Origin: Mizuhopecten yessoensis
Lineage: Eukaryota
Reading direction: 5' to 3'
NCBI RefSeq assembly: GCF_002113885.1
Contig: NW_018408881.1
Coordinates: forward strand, 1-64,000
Length of the DNA: 64,000 nucleotides
Of the stretch, positions 50,175 through 64,000 are shown piece after piece. Each line of letters opens with the position of its first letter. The stretch's first letter is position 1. Under the pieces are notes generated by a model that saw only the letters and a list, made by a program, of their open reading frames with translations, was not told the origin of the DNA and ran no database searches. Both the position numbers and the translations under genes were made by a program.

Positions 50175-53100
50175 CATAACTGAGGAAGCAACCAACTTGG
50201 TTGTACGTTATATATAACTGATGATGCGCCTGACTGAGGTGTACGTTATATATATAACTGAGGATGCGCCTGACTGGGTCGTGCGTTATAACAGAAGCAT
50301 CCGAATAGGTCGTGCGTTATAACTGAAGGAGCATCCGACTGGGCCGTGCGTTATAACTGAAGGAGCATCTGACGGGGTCGTGCGTTATAACAGAAGGAGC
50401 ATCCGACTGGGTCGCGCGTTACAACTGAAGGAACACCCGACTGGGGTGTGCGTTATAGCTGAAGGAGCTCCAGACTGGGTTGTGCGTTATAGATGAAGGA
50501 GCTCCCGACTGGGTCGTGCGTTATAGCTGAAGGAGCTCCCGACTGGGGTGTGCGTTACAGCTGAAGGAGCTCCAGACTGGGTTGTGCGTTATAGATGAAG
50601 GAACACCCGACTGGGTCGTGCGTTATAACAGAAGGAGCATCCGACTGGGGTCGTGCGTTACAGCTGAAGGAGCATCTGACGGGGTCGTGCGTTATAACAG
50701 AAGGAACATCCGACTGGGTCGTGCGTTATAACAGAAGGAGCATCCGACTGGGTCGTGCGTTATAACTGAAGGAGCATCTGACGGGGTCGTGCGTTATAAC
50801 AGAAGGAGCATCCGACTGGGTCGTGCGTTATAACTGAAGGAACACCCGACTGGGGTATGTTATAACAGAAGGAACATCCGAATAGGTCGTGCGTTATAAC
50901 AGAAGGAGCATCCGACTGGGTCGTGCGTTATAACTGAAGGAGCATCTGACGGGGTCGTGCGTTATAACAGAAGGAGCATCCGACTGGGTCGTGCGTTATA
51001 ACTGAAGGAACACCCGACTGGGGTATGTTATAACAGAAGGAACATCCGACTGGGTCGTGCGTTATAACAGAAGGAGCATCCGACTGGGTCGTGCGTTATA
51101 ACTGAAGGAACACCCGACTGGGGTATGTTATAACAGAAGGAACATCCGAATAGGTCGTGCGTTATAACAGAAGGAGCATCCGACTGGGTCGTGCGTTATA
51201 ACTGAAGGAGCATCTGACGGGGTCGTGCGTTATAACAGAAGGAGCATCCGACTGGGTCGTGCGTTATAACTGAAGGAACACCCGACTGGGGTGTGCGTTA
51301 TAGCTGAAGGAGCTCCAGACTGGGTTGTGCGTTATAGATGAAGGAACACCCGACTGGGTCGTGCGTTATAGCTGAAGGAGCTCCCGACTGGGGTGTGCGT
51401 TATACCTGAAGGAGCTCCCGACTGGGGTGTACGTTATAACTGAAGGAACTCCAAACTAGGTCGTGCGTTATAGCTAAAGGAGCTCCCGACTGGGGGGTAC
51501 GTTATAGATGAAGGAGTTTCCGACTGGGGTGTACGTTATAGCTGAAGGAGCTCCCGACTATGTCGTGCGTTACAGCTGAAGGAGCTCCAGACTGGGTCGT
51601 GCGTTATAACTGAAGGAGCTCCTGACTGGACGGGGGTTATAATGGAAGAAGCAATGGACTACATGGGTTGTGCGTTATAGCTGAAGGAGCTCCCGACTGG
51701 GGTGTACGTTAAAACTGAAGGAACTCCCGACTAGGTCGTGCGTTATAACAGAAGGAGCATCCGACTGGGTCGTGCGTTATAACTGAAGGAACTCGACTGG
51801 GTCGTGCGTTACAGCTGAAGGAGCTCCCGACTAGGTCGTGCGTTACAGCTGAAGGAGCTCCCGACTGGGGTGTGCGTTATAGCTGAAGGAGCTCCAGACT
51901 GGGTTATGCGTTATAGATGAAGGAACACCCGACTGGGTCGTGCGTTATAGCTGAAGGAGCTCCCGACTAGGTCGTGCGTTACAGCTGAAGGAGCTCCCGA
52001 CTGGGGTGTGCGTTATAGCTGAAGGAGCTCCCGACTGGGGTGTACGTTATAGCTGAAGGAGCTCCCGACTAGGTCGTGCGTTATAGCTGAAGGAGCTCCC
52101 GACTAGGTCGTGCGTTACAGCTGAAGGAACTCCCGACTGGGGTGTGCGTTATAGCTGAAGGAGCTCCCGACTGGGGTGTACGTTATAACTGAAGGAGCTC
52201 CCGACTATGTCGTGCGTTATAGCTGAAGGAGCTCCCGACTAGGTCGTGCGTTATAGATGAAGGAGCTCCCGACTGGGGTGTGCGTTATAGATGAAGGAGC
52301 TCCCGACTGGGGTGTACGTTATAACTGAAGGAGCTCCCGACTAGGTCGTGCGTTATAGCTGAAGGAGCTCCCGACTAGGTCGTGCGTTATAGATGAAGGA
52401 GCTCCCGACTGGGGTGTACGTTATAACTGAAGGAGCTCCCGACTAGGTCGTGCGTTATAGCTGAAGGAGCTCCCGACTAGGTCGTGCGTTATAGATGAAG
52501 GAGCTCCCGACTGGGGTGTACGTTATAACTGAAGGAGCTCCCGACTAGGTCGTGCGTTATAGCTGAAGGAGCTCCCGACTAGGTCGTGCGTTATAGATGA
52601 AGGAGCTCCCGACTGGGGTGTACGTTATAGCTGAAGGAGCTCCCGACTAGGTCGTGCGTTATAGCTGAAGGAGCTCCCGACTAGGTCGTGCGTTATAGCT
52701 GAAGGAGCTTCCGACTGGGTCGTGCGTTATAGATGAAGGAGTTCCCGACTGGGGTGTACGTTATAGCTGAAGGAGTTCCCGACTGGGGTGTACGTTATAG
52801 CTGAAGGAGCTCCCGACTAGGGCGTGCGTTATAGCTGAAGGAGCTCCCGACTGGGGTGTGCGTTATAGCTGAAGGAACACCCGACTAGGTCGTGCGTTAT
52901 AACTGAAGGAGCTCCCGACTGGAGTCGTGCGTTATAGCTGAAGGAGCTCCAGACTGGGTTGTGCGTTATAGCTGAAGGAACACCCGACTAGGTCGTGCGT
53001 TATAACTGAAGGAGCTCCCGACTGGAGTCGTGCGTTATAGCTGAAGGAGCTCCAGACTTGGTTGTGCGTTATAGCTGAAGGAGCTCCAGACTGGTGCGTT

Positions 53101-54250
53101 ATAGCTGAAGGAGCTCCAGACTGGGTTGTGCGTTATAGCTAAAGGAGCTCCCGACTGGGGTGTGCGTTATAGCTGAAGGAGCTCCCGACTGGGGTGGGCG
53201 TTATAGCTGAAGGAGCTCCCGACTGGGGTGGGCGTTATAGCTGAAGGAGCTCCCGACTGGGGTGTACGTTATAACTGAAGGAGCTCCCGACTAGGTCGTG
53301 CGTTATAGCTAAAGGAGCTCCCGACTGGGGTGTGCGTTATAGCTGAAGGAGCTCCCGACTGGGTGGTGCGTTATAGCTAAAGGAGCTCCCGACTGGGGTG
53401 TACGTTATAGCTGAAAGAGTTCCCGACTGGGTCGTGCGTTACAGCTGAAGGAGCTCCAGACTGGGTTGTGCGTTATAGCTGAAGGAACACCCGCCTAGGT
53501 CGTGCGTTATAACTGAAGGAGCTCCCGACTGGAGTCGTGCGTTATAGCTGAAGGAGCTCCCGACTTGGTTGTGCGTTATAGCTGAAGGAGCTCCAGACTG
53601 GGTTGTGCGTTATAGCTGAAGGAACACCCGCCTAGGTCGTGCGTTATAACTGAAGGAGCTCCCGACTGGGGTCGTGCGTTATAGCTGAAGGAGCTCCCGA
53701 CTGGGGGGTACGTCATAGCTGAAGGAGCTCCCGACTGGGGTGTGCGTTATAGCTGAAGGAGCTCCCGACTGGGTGGTGCGTTATAGCTAAAGGAGCTCCC
53801 GACTGGGGTGTGCGTTATAGCTGAAGGAGCTCCCGACTGGGGGGTACGTCATAGCTGAAGGAGCTCCCGACTGGGGTGTGCGTTATAGATGAAGGAGCTT
53901 CCGACTGGACGGGGGTTAAAATGGAAGAAGCAATGGACTACATGGGTTGTGCGTAAATTATACCTGAGGAACAACCATCCGACTGGGTTGTGTTTTATAA
54001 CTCAATATGCAAACAAATTGGTTGTGCGTTATTTTACCTAAAGAGGCACCCGATTGGATTGTGCCTGAAGAACCATTCATCTGGCTTGTGCATCAGAAGA
54101 ATCACCAGATTTGGTCGCGAGTCATAACTGAAGATCGTCAGACTTGGTTGCACGTTTCAACCGAAGAACGACCTTACTGGGTTGTATATATAACTTAAGA
54201 ACCACCCGACTGGGTTGCGCGTTCCAACAGAATTATCACCAGATTTGGTT
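50175..54250. repeat. ~4-kb satellite array, 34-bp unit (>100 copies), degenerate 33-bp units at the edges
   Basis: Unit cgttatagctgaaggagctcccgactggggtgtg and variants. Confidence 0.97.
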
Positions 54251-55277
54251 GATTATGTGTGTATTCTCTAATTAAGTTCCGAAAGGAACAAGAGTACCGC
54301 AGGGAGGAACTATATACGCCCGTCCCATGCCAATCCGACATATTTAAATCCTTCCGGTGCATTGTTGTATGTAAATGGAAATGTCGAGAAGGAATGAATT
54401 TAATTGTACTATATTACTCGTTGAAATTTGGAACAATTTCTGAAATGTGATGAAAGGAGAAAACACCCTTTTTTAGCCCATCAGAAAGCGGCATCCAATT
54501 ATGGACATGTTTTACTCACATTTAAGCTCAGCCTTTGTCATTGTGTAATATAATCATTGACAAAGTTTAATCAAAATCCGGTCACATTTGACAAAGTTTT
54601 TTTGTGTGTAGAAACCGTCAGCAAATCAAGAGCACAGTATGAGTAGATTTCGCTCAACTTCGAATTTAGCCCCGTCTTCATATAATATACCAAGCTTCAC
54701 AAAAATTGATTTATTTTTAGCAATTTGTCCTGTGCAAACCAGTGTTGACTGACAAAGACACTCACTATACCAATATATACATCATAAATTTGTTGATGGG
54801 CGTATGAAAATCACTTTCCTGGATTTCAATTATAGGGAAATAGCAGCTAACCAGGAACTAAATGTTATGAATATAATTTGGAAAAATACCTATACGTATT
54901 TACGCCTTCATTCAGAAAGCTTCAACCAATGATTGACAAGGGACATAACTCTTTGACAAGCTTACACCACCTTTATTTTTTTACGCATCCTCTTTATTTT
55001 GGGTTCATCTTGTAAACCAAGAAATACTAATATAATCTGAAATGTTTTTTAAATTACTGTTTCCAGTATATATCTATTCAAATTTTTTGTTCATAAATTT
55101 TGATAGTTGCAAGGAGATTGTTTCCAAGGCTAAAACATTAGAACCATATTCCACTTAGAACCCAGATATTACTGCCCAAACGAATGAACCTACATGCAAG
55201 AGCAATTTCCATAAACACATAGAATAGGATTATCCTGAAGAAGCTGAATAAGACAAACACATTCTTACAAAACATCT

Positions 55278-55283
55278 TTTATT
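55278..55283 (-). other. Probable polyadenylation signal of the PP1 gene (~1.4-kb 3' UTR)
   Basis: tttatt on + strand = AATAAA on - strand, followed by a GT/T-rich downstream sequence. Confidence 0.45.
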
Positions 55284-56677
55284 CGGTCATCATCTTTTCT
55301 ATACAACAAATAATGTATTAAATTTACATGATCATTGATCAGTTCACATATCATCTACATTTTTTATACCATAAATTAAGAAAAACAAAGACATATACGC
55401 GACTTAAAAACCTCATTTTTGTGTTGGCTCCCATGTTCCCCATATTTTCTTTGTTACTACCAGTTTATACTGATGTGCTGTTATTCTAGTGTAAATGGTC
55501 TAAGTTTGTTAATGATTTAGTACTCTATGTTGGTGGCCCTGATGTGCCACATTTATTATGGTTTGTGCAATTTAGTAAACACAAAGACAAACTAAAAATA
55601 CAAATGTACAGAATTATATACATGAAATGAGATAAGTTAAGATAAAAATCTCATGTCGGCAAACCATGACGGATATGTACACAACGTATTGAACAATAAG
55701 AAAGAATTTGTCATTTGCGTGTTAATGGTGACCCAGTAAGTATGTCAGGAAAAGATTGTAACATGTACCAGCATGTTATTAAATTTCTGTCTGATCCATT
55801 CCCATTAAAGCTGTACACGGACTAGCTTTCACTTGACTTAGTAGCAGTTTGAAATCAAACCCACCTGTATTACTATAGCGTGGAAGGTGAACTAAATGGG
55901 GAGGACATCAATTGTATAACAGCATGCTTCTTCACATCAAAATCTATATCCTACAATTTCTGTATGACCGTTTAATGACTTTGAATATCAAATATGACAT
56001 TAACACTGTTCAAAAAATATGTTGTTCTACAAAAGCAGAACAAAGCAATGCAAAATTGCACAAGACAAACTTACAATTGTTGCATGAATATTTTGATCTT
56101 GACACAATTTATTGATGTATGTATAAGATTAAATCCGGGTATAGTGTCTCATGATTTTTAGAGGGACAGTAAACAAGGTCTATGAAAACCAGACCAAGTT
56201 GCACAATAGCTGTTTTCTTATTCGACCAAAGCTCCAGTTCTGAACACAGTTCATGTTGTCATGTGCTGGAGCTACATTACATTTACAACAGAATCTTTCA
56301 AATTAAATGTACAACATCAAATGATGTAACAAGACTTGTACACACCAATACTACGTGTCAATAGGTTAAATTAATTATGTTGTCCCTGCAGGATGGAGTT
56401 CCCATGGCAAAAATCATCAAAAGTTATGTGCTCCTTCATTCTACATTTTTAGATCAACTTCATCCTAAAGACAACATATGCACGGTTTGCAGTCCTTCAT
56501 TTCAGTCAATCACATCAGCCGCAACACGCAAGCACGTTATCCACTGGCATTTGTTGAATGTCCAGAGCAATAAATGTCTGAAGAAGTCAAACTATCAATG
56601 TTTGCGACCGATTCATGAATGAACATCGTCAATTTTGTGTCCAATTTTAACTATCCACAAGATTTCTGTAGTGTTAA

Positions 56678-63507
<6,830 letters not shown>

Positions 63508-63622
63508 CACACAAATGCTTGGGGAGTACGTTAGATATGAAATCGGTGTCTAAAATATGAAGAATAAAAGGATGATGACAGATTGAACAGGTACCCCCCT
63601 TCTTTCGTCCGGCTTCTAGATT

Positions 63623-63634
63623 AAGATGGCGGCC
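63623..63634 (+). promoter_or_regulatory. YY1-type motif in the PP1 promoter region
   Basis: AAGATGGCGGCC, ~120 bp upstream of the PP1 ATG. Confidence 0.5.
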
Positions 63635-64000
63635 GTTTCGAAGGCGGAGTAATTTTTGTTCATAATGTAGTGACGAGGTTCATGGATACATCAAATATTA
63701 GGGACTATATTTTGTAATTATAGAGCAAACATATCTCGAGATATTTAAGTACAGTGTGTCAAGAAGAAAACAATTATGAATAATATTTAAGGTTATGTAT
63801 ATTTAATTGAAAGAAAACACTAATCACTGAACTTGCGTTCTTTTTTTTATTTTTACAACAGATTGTTGCATTCTGGGAGAATAAAACTGTAATGGCCGCG
63901 AGTACCTGACATGGAATCAGAATATACTGGCGGCTAGCAAACCCCTTAGAGGGTTTGCAGCATGTGCCGCAAACCGATCACGGATATGTTTAATTTTTTA

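Noticed and set aside
50175-54250. 34-bp repeat array as a CRISPR array
   Set aside because: Units are head-to-tail with no unique spacers, there are no cas genes, and the context is a spliceosomal-intron eukaryotic genome.

Overview
AT-rich, intron-containing animal DNA. The repeat landscape (Helentron/HINE-type elements with internal satellites, tRNA-SINEs, MITEs) suggests a bivalve such as an oyster; this is inference. Four spliced protein-coding genes can be reconstructed by hand with GT-AG junctions and consistent phases. (1) + strand 2098-11559: a putative innate-immune STAND (nSTAND3-like) NTPase with long ankyrin-like repeats. Its first coding exon ends in a 2A-like ribosome-skipping motif (LLLRAQGIESNPGP), and ISRE and kappaB-like sites lie upstream. 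The NTPase core falls in an N-gap (8400-8681). (2) - strand 24614-35098: INPP5K/SKIP-like inositol 5-phosphatase with a SKICH domain. (3) + strand 37038-42146: RPL6 with a 5'TOP exon, head-to-head with INPP5K. (4) - strand 56678-63507: PP1 catalytic subunit (alpha/gamma type). The rest is non-autonomous transposons (several with clear TSDs), SINEs, minisatellites, a decayed hAT transposase and a ~4-kb 34-bp satellite that may derive from a coding repeat. The most interesting candidate system is the 2A-like / STAND / ankyrin gene.
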